Assembly (NCBI GenBank): GCA_965208275.1
Contig: OZ242331.1
Location: 2,093,225-2,117,224 of the forward strand
Direction: 5' to 3'
Length of the DNA stretch: 24,000 bases
Source of the DNA: Caldilineaceae bacterium
Lineage (GTDB): Bacteria > Chloroflexota > Anaerolineae > Caldilineales > Caldilineaceae
Position numbers and translations under genes: made by a program. The notes under the pieces were generated by a model that was not told the origin of the DNA, searched no databases, and worked only from the letters and a program-made list of their open reading frames with translations. This document shows positions 15,005 through 23,860 of this stretch, piece by piece; the first letter of the stretch is position 1; each line of letters starts with the position of its first letter.

Positions 15005-16090
15005 TTATCGGGAAACCCAGTCGCGCAGCGGATGCTCGCGATCGGCGAGGGGCAGCGGTGTGCGGCCGTGGCGATGGGCGGTGTAGACGCCGAGGATCAT
15101 CTCCAGCGCCCAACGCGCGTCGCGTCCGCTTGAAATCGGCTCGCGGCCCTCCTCGAATGCCGCGATCAGGTCGCGCACCATATAGGCGTTCAACGTGTTG
15201 AAACCGAGATCGTTCGGCTTGAGCACGAGTTGCCAGGCGGGCTCGTTGAAGGCGGGCGACCAGTTGGGATGGGGGCAGTGGAACAGGTAGCCGTCGCGGT
15301 TGAGGAGGATTCCCTCGGTCCCGTGGACGACCAGGCCGCCGGGACGCGGCCCGGGCCGGACGGTCTGCCGCCGCGAGGAGAATGTGGCGACGATGCCGTC
15401 GTCGAAGCCGTAGGTAGCCTGCAGGTGGTCGCCAACGATGGGACCGATCTCCTCGTCCCCCTGCCGCGCGTCGTCAGGCCCGGCGTCGTGTCCATTCTGC
15501 CGGATATAAGCCTGCACCCAGCTGGGGTGACCGAAGAGAAAGCACAGCATGTCGAGCGAGTGCGTGCCGAGGACCATCAGGTCCTGGCCGCCGCCGCGGT
15601 GGTCCTGCTTGCCGGCGCTGTGGGCTTCTTCGACCTCGCCGATCGCCCCGTCGGCGATCATCTCCTTCATCTTGTGGGAAAAGCGGTTGACGCGGCCCTG
15701 GTGGGAGACGGTGATCTTGACGCCGGCGCGTTCGCAGGCCGCTATCATGGCGTCGGCCTCGGCCGCGGTCCTCGCGAACGGCTTTTCGCAGAAGATGCCG
15801 CGCACGCCGGACGCGGCCGCCGCGATCACCATGTCACGTTTCTGGTCGAGCCAGCGCGGGGCGACGCTGACGATGTCCAGCTCCTCCTGCTCCAGCATCC
15901 GGCGGTAGTCGGAATAGCAGCCGGCCGTTCCCACGCCGAGGCGCTCGCCGGCTTCAGTCAGACCGTCGGCGTCGGCGTCGGCCACGGCGACCAGATCGAT
16001 TTCCTCCATGCCGAGGTAGACCGTATCCAGACTGTGCCCGTAGTTGCCCCTGCCTGTATGACCGATTACGCCGGCCCGGTACGTTGTCAT
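15005..16090 (-). CDS. Gfo/Idh/MocA family NAD(P)-dependent oxidoreductase
   Basis: 361 aa. N-terminal Rossmann motif RAGVIGHTGRGNYG and the conserved CEKP motif (GIFCEKPFA). Its ATG forms an ATGA overlap with the upstream stop at 16087-16090. Confidence 0.8.
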   Translation of the reverse strand: MTTYRAGVIGHTGRGNYGHSLDTVYLGMEEIDLVAVADADADGLTEAGERLGVGTAGCYSDYRRMLEQEELDIVSVAPRWLDQKRDMVIAAAASGVRGIFCEKPFARTAAEADAMIAACERAGVKITVSHQGRVNRFSHKMKEMIADGAIGEVEEAHSAGKQDHRGGGQDLMVLGTHSLDMLCFLFGHPSWVQAYIRQNGHDAGPDDARQGDEEIGPIVGDHLQATYGFDDGIVATFSSRRQTVRPGPRPGGLVVHGTEGILLNRDGYLFHCPHPNWSPAFNEPAWQLVLKPNDLGFNTLNAYMVRDLIAAFEEGREPISSGRDARWALEMILGVYTAHRHGRTPLPLADREHPLRDWVSR

Positions 16091-17787
16091 ATCAACTCCT
16101 CTTCGCTGATTCTATATGCCCTGATGTGTGGCTGCGGGCTCAGCCGCGAGGCCGCGTCGTAAAACGCCTGATTGGTATAGTCGGCGACGACAATCGTGCC
16201 GTCCTCCATCTGGTCCCAGTTGCTGTAACCGGAGTCTGCTGCGGCATCCAGTAGTACCATTCTATCCCGCCGGAACTGGTCCGGATAAGCCCCCTCGTCC
16301 GCCCGCCAGGACCAGTCGATACTGTGCCCGTGTCTGTTCTCTACTGTGGCCCATACGCTTCTCCAATGTGACTCAGAGGGCATATCGCTGCCGAAGCGGA
16401 CAAGCCGGTTGTCGTATGTTTCTGCCCGTTCCCGCAGCAGGGGACGTCCGTCCACGAATACCGCAATCTCGCCATCAGCCCTGACGATTCTGTAGCGGTG
16501 CCACGCCGACGTATCCAGCCGGCTAAGCTTCGACCGGCGGCCAGTCCTGCCGCCTTCCGCCGGCGCCGGGCCGGCAGCAGTATGAACCTCCTCCTCCTCT
16601 TCCCCACCGACCAAGCGTATTCCCTGCGCCGACAGACGCAGATGGCAGCCCGCAAATAGATCGCATCCGTCGCTCATTGCACCGGCCAGACGTACCTCGG
16701 CCTCCATCTCAACGCGCGCCTCGCCGGTCAATGCCGGATACAGAGAGAAGAAGACCCTGTTCTCGTCGCCGTGATCGGTCGAAAGGACAAGCTCACCGCT
16801 CACCAGCTTGCAGCGGGACTCGTCCCAAATGAATGAGGCCGGCTCGAATCCCAGCGCCTCCGACGGGTCCCAAACAAATGCATAGCTGGCGAATGTCCCC
16901 CAGCGATTGCGATAGGTGACCAACAGCCTGCCCGATCGCAGTCGGTGGACCGCCGTCCGCTGCCCGTAGAGCGGCGCCAGCTGCGGTTCTTCCCATGTTC
17001 TGCCGGCGTCATAGCTATGAATGAAGCGGCTGGGCTGTCCGTAGTCGCCGTTCCCGTAGCCGATCCGCGTCACGGCCAGCAGATGGCCCGGTTCCAGCTC
17101 CACGAGGCCCACTTCGGCGTCGCCGTGATAGGGATCGTCGGAGACGACCGCGGTCCGGTCCCACGTTTGCCCGCGGTCTTCGGAAAAAACGGCTACGTTC
17201 CTGCAGTAGATCCTGTGCTCGGGGGGCGGCGGGTTTTCGAAAGAATCTGACTCGACCGACTCTGTACGCGTGTAGACGAGCGTTCCGTCGTGCAGCTCCA
17301 CAATATAGCCCGGCTCGCCGCCAACGTCGTCGCATTTGACCGGCCGGCTCCAGCTCTGGCCGTCGTCATCGCTCCAAAAGAGGTAGTTCGCCATCCCCCG
17401 TCCCGGGCGCTGCCAGTGCGCGAGACGCGGCCAGTCCTCACCGGGAAGGCGGCGGCCCAAATCGCAGATGACAACGAGCCGCCCGTCGTTGAGGCGGCTC
17501 AACTGCGGGGCGATCCAAACGACATTGTGTTCCCAGACGTTTCGACTGGATATGGAGCGGTGCCCGAACCAGCTGCGGCCGCGGTCGGTGGAGTAGGCGA
17601 CCATAATGTGGGTTGCGACCGCGGTGTGCGAATCAGAGAGCCGGTAGACGGCGACCAGCCCGGCCGGCGTGTTCACAACATTGGCGACCGAATGGTACCA
17701 GCCGCGCGGGTTGGGGCAGGTCAATTCGGGCCCGTAGCTAGCCTGACCGGCAACGGGGAACTTACTCAGATCGGAAACCGCACGCAT
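16087..17787 (-). CDS. BNR/Asp-box repeat sialidase-fold protein with inserted ConA/LamG-like domain, cytoplasmic
   Basis: Four SxDxGxxW Asp-boxes: STDRGRSW, SDDDGQSW, SEDRGQTW and SYDAGRTW. A jelly-roll-like insert (WHRYRIVRADGEIAVFVDGRPL) and a poly-Glu linker precede the last blade. Start set to ATG 17787 (566 aa), 5 nt after the upstream stop. The track's 54-residue Arg/Pro-rich extension overlaps the upstream gene. Confidence 0.65.
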   Translation of the reverse strand: MRAVSDLSKFPVAGQASYGPELTCPNPRGWYHSVANVVNTPAGLVAVYRLSDSHTAVATHIMVAYSTDRGRSWFGHRSISSRNVWEHNVVWIAPQLSRLNDGRLVVICDLGRRLPGEDWPRLAHWQRPGRGMANYLFWSDDDGQSWSRPVKCDDVGGEPGYIVELHDGTLVYTRTESVESDSFENPPPPEHRIYCRNVAVFSEDRGQTWDRTAVVSDDPYHGDAEVGLVELEPGHLLAVTRIGYGNGDYGQPSRFIHSYDAGRTWEEPQLAPLYGQRTAVHRLRSGRLLVTYRNRWGTFASYAFVWDPSEALGFEPASFIWDESRCKLVSGELVLSTDHGDENRVFFSLYPALTGEARVEMEAEVRLAGAMSDGCDLFAGCHLRLSAQGIRLVGGEEEEEVHTAAGPAPAEGGRTGRRSKLSRLDTSAWHRYRIVRADGEIAVFVDGRPLLRERAETYDNRLVRFGSDMPSESHWRSVWATVENRHGHSIDWSWRADEGAYPDQFRRDRMVLLDAAADSGYSNWDQMEDGTIVVADYTNQAFYDAASRLSPQPHIRAYRISEEELI

Positions 17788-17792
17788 CGGCC

Positions 17793-18845
17793 TCAGTGCC
17801 CCGGCGGCAGCGGCAGGTCGACGCGGACGTTGCCGCGGGCGTGGGACTGCAGAATGCCGACAAGAATCTCGACCGTCTTCTTGGCTTCTCTTGCCGGGCT
17901 GAGCAGGTCGCCGCCGTTTTCGATTGCGTTGATCAGTTCGACGACGCAAGCCGGGATGCCGATGAACTGGTGGTCGGGAAAGGGAAAGAACTCGGTCGTG
18001 TTGCGGTCGCGGCGGATAACACGGCTGGGGTGGACCTCGATCAGGCCGGTCTCGCCGAACACCTGGTAGCGGAAGCTGTCCCGGAACTGCTCTTTTGCCA
18101 GATTGATGAAGGCGCGCACGCCGTTGCGAAAGTGGACGTAAGCCGAGGCTGCCGGATCGGTCGCCGGGTCGCGCCCGCCGTCCCCCAGGTACCTGTCGTA
18201 GTGGTCGTATCCCGGTTCAAGGTGCCCGAAGACCCACTCCGGGTCCGAATCGGCAAAGAAGCAGACGCCGTCTATCAGGTGTGTACCGTTGCGGAACATC
18301 ATGGCGCGCGGGGTGCCGAGGTGGGCGACGATTCGGTGCACTTTGCCAATCGATCCGTCGCGGATCGCCTGCCTGGCCACGTCGTAGTGTGGACGCCAGC
18401 GATTGGTGTGATCGACGACAAGAAGCGAGCCGCTGGCCTCGCAGGCTTCGATCATGCGCGTTGCTTCGTCGACGCTGGTGGCAAGCGGCTTTTCGCAAAT
18501 GATTCCCTTTACGCCGGCATGGGCCGCGGCGATGACGATGTCGGTATGCCGGTGGTCCGAAGTGCAGACGCTCAATATGTCCAGATTCTCCCGCTCGATC
18601 ATGGCGCGGTAGTCGGTGTATGTCTCCAGCTCACCGAACTCCTGGCCCCATGTCTGCGCCACCCTTTCGAACAGCTCAGTCTTCAGGTCGCAGACTGCAA
18701 CTACGTCGGTCTGGGGCACGAGATGGTACGCGCCAAGATGAGAGGACGGACTGGGCGACTTCAGTATGCTGTCTGCTTGCGGTGCGGGCCGGTTTGCGGA
18801 GATGCCAGACAGACCGACGACCGCGGCGCGATAACGGTTCTGCAT
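17793..18845 (-). CDS. Gfo/Idh/MocA family oxidoreductase
   Basis: 350 aa from ATG 18845, with GGAGAGGAG 7 nt upstream and the upstream stop TAG 4 nt away. Contains RAAVVGLSGIS and ICEKPLA. The track's 151-residue N-terminal extension overlaps the Ldh_2 gene and is Arg/Ser/Pro-rich junk. Confidence 0.8.
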   Translation of the reverse strand: MQNRYRAAVVGLSGISANRPAPQADSILKSPSPSSHLGAYHLVPQTDVVAVCDLKTELFERVAQTWGQEFGELETYTDYRAMIERENLDILSVCTSDHRHTDIVIAAAHAGVKGIICEKPLATSVDEATRMIEACEASGSLLVVDHTNRWRPHYDVARQAIRDGSIGKVHRIVAHLGTPRAMMFRNGTHLIDGVCFFADSDPEWVFGHLEPGYDHYDRYLGDGGRDPATDPAASAYVHFRNGVRAFINLAKEQFRDSFRYQVFGETGLIEVHPSRVIRRDRNTTEFFPFPDHQFIGIPACVVELINAIENGGDLLSPAREAKKTVEILVGILQSHARGNVRVDLPLPPGH

Positions 18846-18849
18846 ATCT

Positions 18850-19899
18850 CTACTCCTCTCCTGCTTCCCTGTCGAGCGAAATGTCCAGTTTCTCTGCCCA
18901 AACTTCGATCTTGCCATAGGTCTCCGCCGGCACTTCGATTCCTTCGGCCAGGCGCTGCTGCCGCGAGCGATGCTCGAAGTCGCCCGGGACGAGGACTTCG
19001 TCAAATCCCGGCGCCGGCGGCGTCGCTTTGATGGCATCCAACACGATGCGAACCTGGCGCTGATACTCATCGAGGGGCGAAAACCCGGCCACGTCGTAGA
19101 CCTGCATGAAGAGGCCCGACATGGCGGAATGCTCGCCGGCAAAGCCGCCGGCCAGCCCGCCCATGAGGCTGAAGTATAGCGAGAGCGCATAGCCCTTGTG
19201 GCCGCCGAAGGGCAATAGCGAGCCGCCGTCAAAGTAGACGCCCGGATCGGTAGAGGGCCGCCCGTCCTTGTCGACGACGGCGCCGGGGGGTAGGTCAACG
19301 CCCTTATCGCGGGCGACGAGGATCTTGCCGCCGGCGATCACGCTGGTGGCAAAGTCTATGACGAAGGGGGCGTCGTCTCCGGTCGGAATGCCGACAGCCA
19401 TAGGATTGGTCCCGAGGCAGCCGCGCGCGCCGCCGAAGGGAACGACCTGCGAAGGGCCGTCTGAAGCCCAACCCAAGGTGATGACTGTGACGCAGCCGGC
19501 CCTGGCGGCCTGCTCTGCATATTCTCCCAGGCGGCCGATGTGCGTCGAATTCTCAAAAGTTACGCAGCAAACGGCGGTGCGTCTGGCCCGCTCGATCGCC
19601 CAATCCATGGCCTGGCGGCTCATATTATGGCCGAATCCGTAGTGCCCGTCCACGTGGACCGTTGTCGATGTCTCGCGCACGATTTCCGGCCGGGCCGCCG
19701 GCTTGAGCTCGCCGGCTTCGATTCGATCGAGATACATGGGGACGAACTGCACGCCGTGGGAATCGTGGCCGGCGAGGTTGGCGTTCACGAGAATGTCGGC
19801 GACTGTCGCGGCGATGTCTTCGGGCGTTCCGGCAGCCGAGAAGAGGTTGCGGCTGATCCTGCGGAGATAGCTGGCTGAATGGCGATTCGACTGTGTCAT
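18850..19899 (-). CDS. Ldh_2 (malate/L-lactate/sulfolactate/diketogulonate) family NAD(P)H-dependent dehydrogenase
   Basis: 349 aa. Contains LAGHDSHGV, TNPMAVGIP and LPFGGHKGYAL, which are hallmark blocks of the Ldh_2 family. Confidence 0.8.
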   Translation of the reverse strand: MTQSNRHSASYLRRISRNLFSAAGTPEDIAATVADILVNANLAGHDSHGVQFVPMYLDRIEAGELKPAARPEIVRETSTTVHVDGHYGFGHNMSRQAMDWAIERARRTAVCCVTFENSTHIGRLGEYAEQAARAGCVTVITLGWASDGPSQVVPFGGARGCLGTNPMAVGIPTGDDAPFVIDFATSVIAGGKILVARDKGVDLPPGAVVDKDGRPSTDPGVYFDGGSLLPFGGHKGYALSLYFSLMGGLAGGFAGEHSAMSGLFMQVYDVAGFSPLDEYQRQVRIVLDAIKATPPAPGFDEVLVPGDFEHRSRQQRLAEGIEVPAETYGKIEVWAEKLDISLDREAGEE

Positions 19900-19988
19900 C
19901 GGCGGCCCCTCTTATTGGCGCTTCTCTCTCTCATCCTGGATTCTCACGGTTTCCTTGAAGTCGATGTAAGTTTGCTCGTGCGGCCCTG

Positions 19989-21152
19989 TCAGCCGGCGCG
20001 CGGCAGCGGCAGCCGCACGACGCGTCCCTCGGCGGCCGACAAATAGCCCGCCAGCAGAATCTCGGTCAGCTTGGCGGCCGCGCGCGCGTTCATCCCGCTC
20101 TCTCGCCCCTCGACGATGCAGTCGATGAAGTGACTTGCGTCCGACCGGCTGTCCAGCATATTGGAAAATGGGGCGAGCGTGCGCTTGGGCTGGGCGTTGA
20201 CCTCCTCCTGCGCGGTCCGCCAAAAGCCCATCGGATCGCGCGGGTTTACCGGCGGCGGCGTCCAGGGTGGACTGGAATTGTACACTTCCAGCCGCGGCCG
20301 GTTGGCGTCGACGAGCAGCGAGCCGCGCGTGCCGACCAGGTAAATCTGGTTGGTGCCGCCGGCGGGGTGACTCGTCCAGCCCATCCGTCCCCCGGTAATC
20401 GTCGCCGTCGCGCCGCCCTCCAACGTCATGGAGAGAAAGCCAAAGTCCTCGACGTTGCGGCCCTGGTGGGCAGCGAAGAAATAGTTGCCCGTGCTGCCGT
20501 AGACCGTCTCGACCGTGCGACCGGAAATCAGGCCGACCAGCCCAATCGCATAGACCCCCATCGCGTACAGTTCGGCCTTGGTGTCAACGAAATTTGAGAT
20601 TATGGGCGGGTAGACGGCCCGGCGCGGCCTGCCCAGCGTCGCGCTTCCGCCCGGTCCCTTGGCAAAAAGATTGTCGACGTGAATGGCAACGAGCTCGCCC
20701 AACTCTCCCGACTCGACAAACTGGATTGCCTCCTGCACCCAGTCCTGATGGTTCGAGCTGAACATCTGGCTGCGGACCCCAGCGCGTTCGACCGCGGCGA
20801 CGACGGCGTCTGCGGTCGCGAGATAGGGGGTCATCGGCTTGTCGACGTAAATGTGCTTGCCGGCGTCGGCGCAGCGGGCTGCGATGCGGCCGCGGCGTTC
20901 CGGTTCGGCGCAGATCGAGACGATCTGGACATCTTCCCTGGCCAGGGCCTCTTCCAGGTCGGGCCAGTAGGGGATTTCCATGTCGTTGGCGAAATGGCGG
21001 TTGAGCTGCGCGCGTTCGGGGTCGACACCTATTTCGTCAGTGAGGCCAACGATAGTGCAACGGGGGTCGTCGCGGAGTTCCAGTGCGTAACCTTCCTGGT
21101 GGGTCAGCCTGCCCGAGACTAAAAGGACGCCAAATTGCTGAGCGGTCATCAT
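19989..21152 (-). CDS. Gfo/Idh/MocA family oxidoreductase (divergent dinucleotide motif)
   Basis: 387 aa from ATG 21152 (or 21149). GGAGG lies 3-6 nt upstream, and there is an ATGA overlap with the upstream stop. Contains HIYVDKP (EKP-like) and a C-terminal alpha/beta domain. The track's 104-residue extension was rejected. Confidence 0.7.
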   Translation of the reverse strand: MMTAQQFGVLLVSGRLTHQEGYALELRDDPRCTIVGLTDEIGVDPERAQLNRHFANDMEIPYWPDLEEALAREDVQIVSICAEPERRGRIAARCADAGKHIYVDKPMTPYLATADAVVAAVERAGVRSQMFSSNHQDWVQEAIQFVESGELGELVAIHVDNLFAKGPGGSATLGRPRRAVYPPIISNFVDTKAELYAMGVYAIGLVGLISGRTVETVYGSTGNYFFAAHQGRNVEDFGFLSMTLEGGATATITGGRMGWTSHPAGGTNQIYLVGTRGSLLVDANRPRLEVYNSSPPWTPPPVNPRDPMGFWRTAQEEVNAQPKRTLAPFSNMLDSRSDASHFIDCIVEGRESGMNARAAAKLTEILLAGYLSAAEGRVVRLPLPRAG

Positions 21153-21619
21153 CGGCCTCCATTCTCGGACAGGGAGACGGGTTGGTTGGCGGCAAGCGAT
21201 TCTTCCAGGGCAGCCGGCAGCATGGGCGCGACGGTCGGGACTGAGAGGCCGGCGGTGGAACTCAGCCGGGGAAGAGCCCGAGCGCCGCTGTGGTAGATGG
21301 CGCCGTCCGAGCCGTAGATTGCAAGGTCGAGTTCGGGACGGCCATGCGCCAGCGCGATGGCAAGCAGGGCGGAGCTGCCATTGAGATAGTCGAGGGCCAG
21401 CGAGAGGTGCCCGCGGGAATCGGCGCCGGCGGCGTACAGCTTTCGCGGGTTGGAGGCGAGCCAAAGAGCGCTGTAGTCGCTCATCTCGAAGAGAAGCGGC
21501 CTGAGCTCATCTTCGGTGTGTGCGACGGATGCTGTCCAACGTACGAAGACGGGCGTACCGACGCGGGACGCGGCCAGCGCGGCGCTAACAGTCTGGTTGA
21601 GCACAGTCCAATCGTACAT
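21149..21619 (-). CDS. Hypothetical protein resembling a stand-alone Gfo/Idh/MocA C-terminal domain
   Basis: 156 aa from ATG 21619. Pattern VGTPVFVRW....LFEMSDYSALWL..NPRKLYAAG...GHLSLALDYLNGSSALL.....RPELDLAIYGSDGAIYH resembles the dimerisation/substrate domain of the family. It has no Rossmann part. The RBS (AGGA) is weak. Confidence 0.4.
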   Translation of the reverse strand: MYDWTVLNQTVSAALAASRVGTPVFVRWTASVAHTEDELRPLLFEMSDYSALWLASNPRKLYAAGADSRGHLSLALDYLNGSSALLAIALAHGRPELDLAIYGSDGAIYHSGARALPRLSSTAGLSVPTVAPMLPAALEESLAANQPVSLSENGGR

Positions 21620-21696
21620 GGGCGGATTCCTGCGTCTCAAAGGCGGTTGTCGGGACTGGACTGAAAACGGACGGATTGACAAAGCTTCCGGTGGGA

Positions 21697-22680
21697 CTAG
21701 GTATCGGCCTGGCGCGGATTCAGGGCATCGTTAAGGCCGTCGCCAAGAAAGTTGATGCCCACAGAGACGATGGCAATGGTGAGGCCGGGCACCGCTACCA
21801 ACCAGGGCCGGTAGCGCCAGCTCAACTGGTTGTCCTGGATCATGGCCCCCCAGCTGGCCTGCGGCGGCTGCACACCGACGCCCAGAAAACTGAGTCCGGA
21901 CTCGGCCACGATGGCGCCGCCGAAACCGAAAGTGACCAATACGATCAGCGGACCGAGCGCGTTGGGAATCAGATGTTTGAGCAGGATCTTGAACTGGCCG
22001 ACGCCGACGGCGCGTGCGGCCTCGACAAACTCCTTTTCGCGCAGCGAAAGGATCTGCCCCCTGATCAGCCGAGCATAAGCCGGCCACTGGATAAGTGCAA
22101 GTGCGCCAAAAACAACGATCAAGTCGACATAGGTGGGTGTGGAGAAAAACCCCAGCCCGGTCCTGGCGTACATCGCGTCGACCCAGTCTGCGACCGGTTT
22201 GCGGAAGGTTGCAGCCATCAGCGAGGCGAAGAGGAGCTGTGGAATCGACATTGTTACATCAACGGCACGACTGATGATCCAGTCGGTCCAACTCCCCATG
22301 TAGGCGGCCAGCCCCCCCAGAACGATGCCCAGAATCAGGCTGAAGGATGTGGAGATGATGGCGACGATTCCGGCGGTGCGCGCGCCCCACAGGATACGGC
22401 TGAGCATGTCGCGACCGAGATCGTCGGTGCCCAGCAGGTAGTCAACGCTGGGCCCCTCGGCAACCCGGTCCAGGTTCTGGAGCATATAGGGGTAAGGGGC
22501 AAGATTGGGGCCAAAAATGGCGGTGATGAAGAGCAGCAGAAAGATGAAGAGACCGACCATCGAAAGGCGGTTCCGGATCATGCGCTTGAAGGCATCGGTC
22601 CAGAGCCCGCGTGTCTTCAGATTCTGCGCTTCCAGTTCAAACTGCAGGCTGGCTGTGCTGCTCGCGTCCTCTTGAGCCAT
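21697..22680 (-). CDS. ABC transporter permease, DppC/OppC type
   Basis: 327 aa with about 6 TM segments, an N-terminal LWTDAFKRMIRNRLSMVGL, and an EAA-like loop (REKEFVEAARAVG). Confidence 0.85.
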   Translation of the reverse strand: MAQEDASSTASLQFELEAQNLKTRGLWTDAFKRMIRNRLSMVGLFIFLLLFITAIFGPNLAPYPYMLQNLDRVAEGPSVDYLLGTDDLGRDMLSRILWGARTAGIVAIISTSFSLILGIVLGGLAAYMGSWTDWIISRAVDVTMSIPQLLFASLMAATFRKPVADWVDAMYARTGLGFFSTPTYVDLIVVFGALALIQWPAYARLIRGQILSLREKEFVEAARAVGVGQFKILLKHLIPNALGPLIVLVTFGFGGAIVAESGLSFLGVGVQPPQASWGAMIQDNQLSWRYRPWLVAVPGLTIAIVSVGINFLGDGLNDALNPRQADT

Positions 22681-22771
22681 TCTGGCGTCCCGTAAACTCT
22701 GCGCAACCGGAATATCCTTTGGCGCAGTCAGAAATGAACGTACTGGCGGTCCTTACAGGCCTGCGGTCAAC

Positions 22772-23719
22772 CTAATCGTAGGCGACGCGTGGGTCGAGCA
22801 AGGGGTAGATCAGGTCGACGATGAGATTGATCGCCATGGTCAGTCCGGCGGTGAATAGCACGACACCGTTGATCATGTTGAAGTCGCGGCCGGCGAGGCC
22901 CTGCTGAAAGAGGCGGCCGAGTCCCGGCAAGTTGAATGCCAGCTCGAGAAAGACCGCGCCCCACATGAAGTCGTCGACGAGTAGGCCGAGAGATGTTACG
23001 ACGGGAATCAGTGCATTGCGGGCCACGTGGCGGACCATCACCTTGACTTCGGTCAGGCCCTTTGCTCTTGCGGTCCTGACGTAGTCATTCTGCATCACTT
23101 CAAGAATGCCGCCGCGCGTCTGGCGAATCACGTTTACGAGCGAACGAGTAGATATGATCGCACAGGCGATGTAGTAGGAGGGATGCCCCATCCCTTTCCA
23201 GCCGCGGGGCACGTTCATCACGTCAAGCCAGAGGACGGCAATGATGAGCACGACAGGCACAAGCACATAGGTTGGAATCGACCAGAAGAAGAGTGTGGTG
23301 CTGACAATCGAATAGTCCAGCCAGGTATTGTGGAAGCGGGCCGCGATCATGCCCAAGGGGATGCCGATAAAGAACATGATGAAGAGGACGCCCAAGGCAA
23401 GCTGACCGGAGACAGGGAGCGCGCGTTCAATACGCGGCCAGATCGGGGCTGCATCGGCGAAGGAATAGCCGAATTTGCCCTGCATCAAATTGCCCATGTA
23501 GGTGCCGAATTGGTCCCAAAAGGGCCGGTCCAGACCGTACTGGTGGCGAAGATCGGCCAGCTCCTCCTGGTTGAGATAGATGCCCTGCGCTGCCCATTGA
23601 GAGCGAAGAATCGTGACGGGATCAATGGGCCCCAGGTAGCCGAGCAGGAAGACGATCATCAGCGTCGCGAACAAGGTCGGAATGATGACCAGCAGCCGCA
23701 TCGAAATGTAGCGCGTCAC
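22772..23719 (-). CDS. ABC transporter permease, DppB/OppB type
   Basis: 315 aa with a GTG start and AGGA 7 nt upstream. Contains MTRYISMRLLVIIPTLF, an EAA loop (NDYVRTARAKGL) and a C-terminal DLIYPLLDPRV. Confidence 0.85.
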   Translation of the reverse strand: MTRYISMRLLVIIPTLFATLMIVFLLGYLGPIDPVTILRSQWAAQGIYLNQEELADLRHQYGLDRPFWDQFGTYMGNLMQGKFGYSFADAAPIWPRIERALPVSGQLALGVLFIMFFIGIPLGMIAARFHNTWLDYSIVSTTLFFWSIPTYVLVPVVLIIAVLWLDVMNVPRGWKGMGHPSYYIACAIISTRSLVNVIRQTRGGILEVMQNDYVRTARAKGLTEVKVMVRHVARNALIPVVTSLGLLVDDFMWGAVFLELAFNLPGLGRLFQQGLAGRDFNMINGVVLFTAGLTMAINLIVDLIYPLLDPRVAYD

Positions 23720-23821
23720 GGTTCTGTCCTATTTGCTTCCGTCATCTCGGGTCTTCGCTGGCCCGCTGCCGGGAGGAGCTCCCCCAAGCCGAACAGCGGG
23801 GACATTTGGAAGAGGATGGAA

Positions 23822-23860
23822 GGCGGTGCGCCCATGGATACGTTCGGAGGGCGCACCGCC
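23822..23860. terminator. Strong hairpin upstream of the permease genes (attenuator or mRNA-stabilising structure)
   Basis: 12-bp stem ggcggtgcgccc / gggcgcaccgcc with a 15-nt loop. The plus strand continues tgctcttttt, and the minus sense continues ttccatcctcttcc. Its position suggests it separates an upstream gene beyond the window (probably the binding protein) from the permeases. Confidence 0.4.

Noticed and set aside
17788-17949. Long N-terminal extensions in the track: 16087..17949, 17793..19298, 19989..21464, 2339..3997 and 21149..21682
   Set aside because: The extensions are Arg/Pro/Ser-rich, overlap the 3' ends of upstream genes and lack an RBS. In each case an internal ATG/GTG with a good SD sits a few nt after the upstream stop and gives family-typical N-termini.
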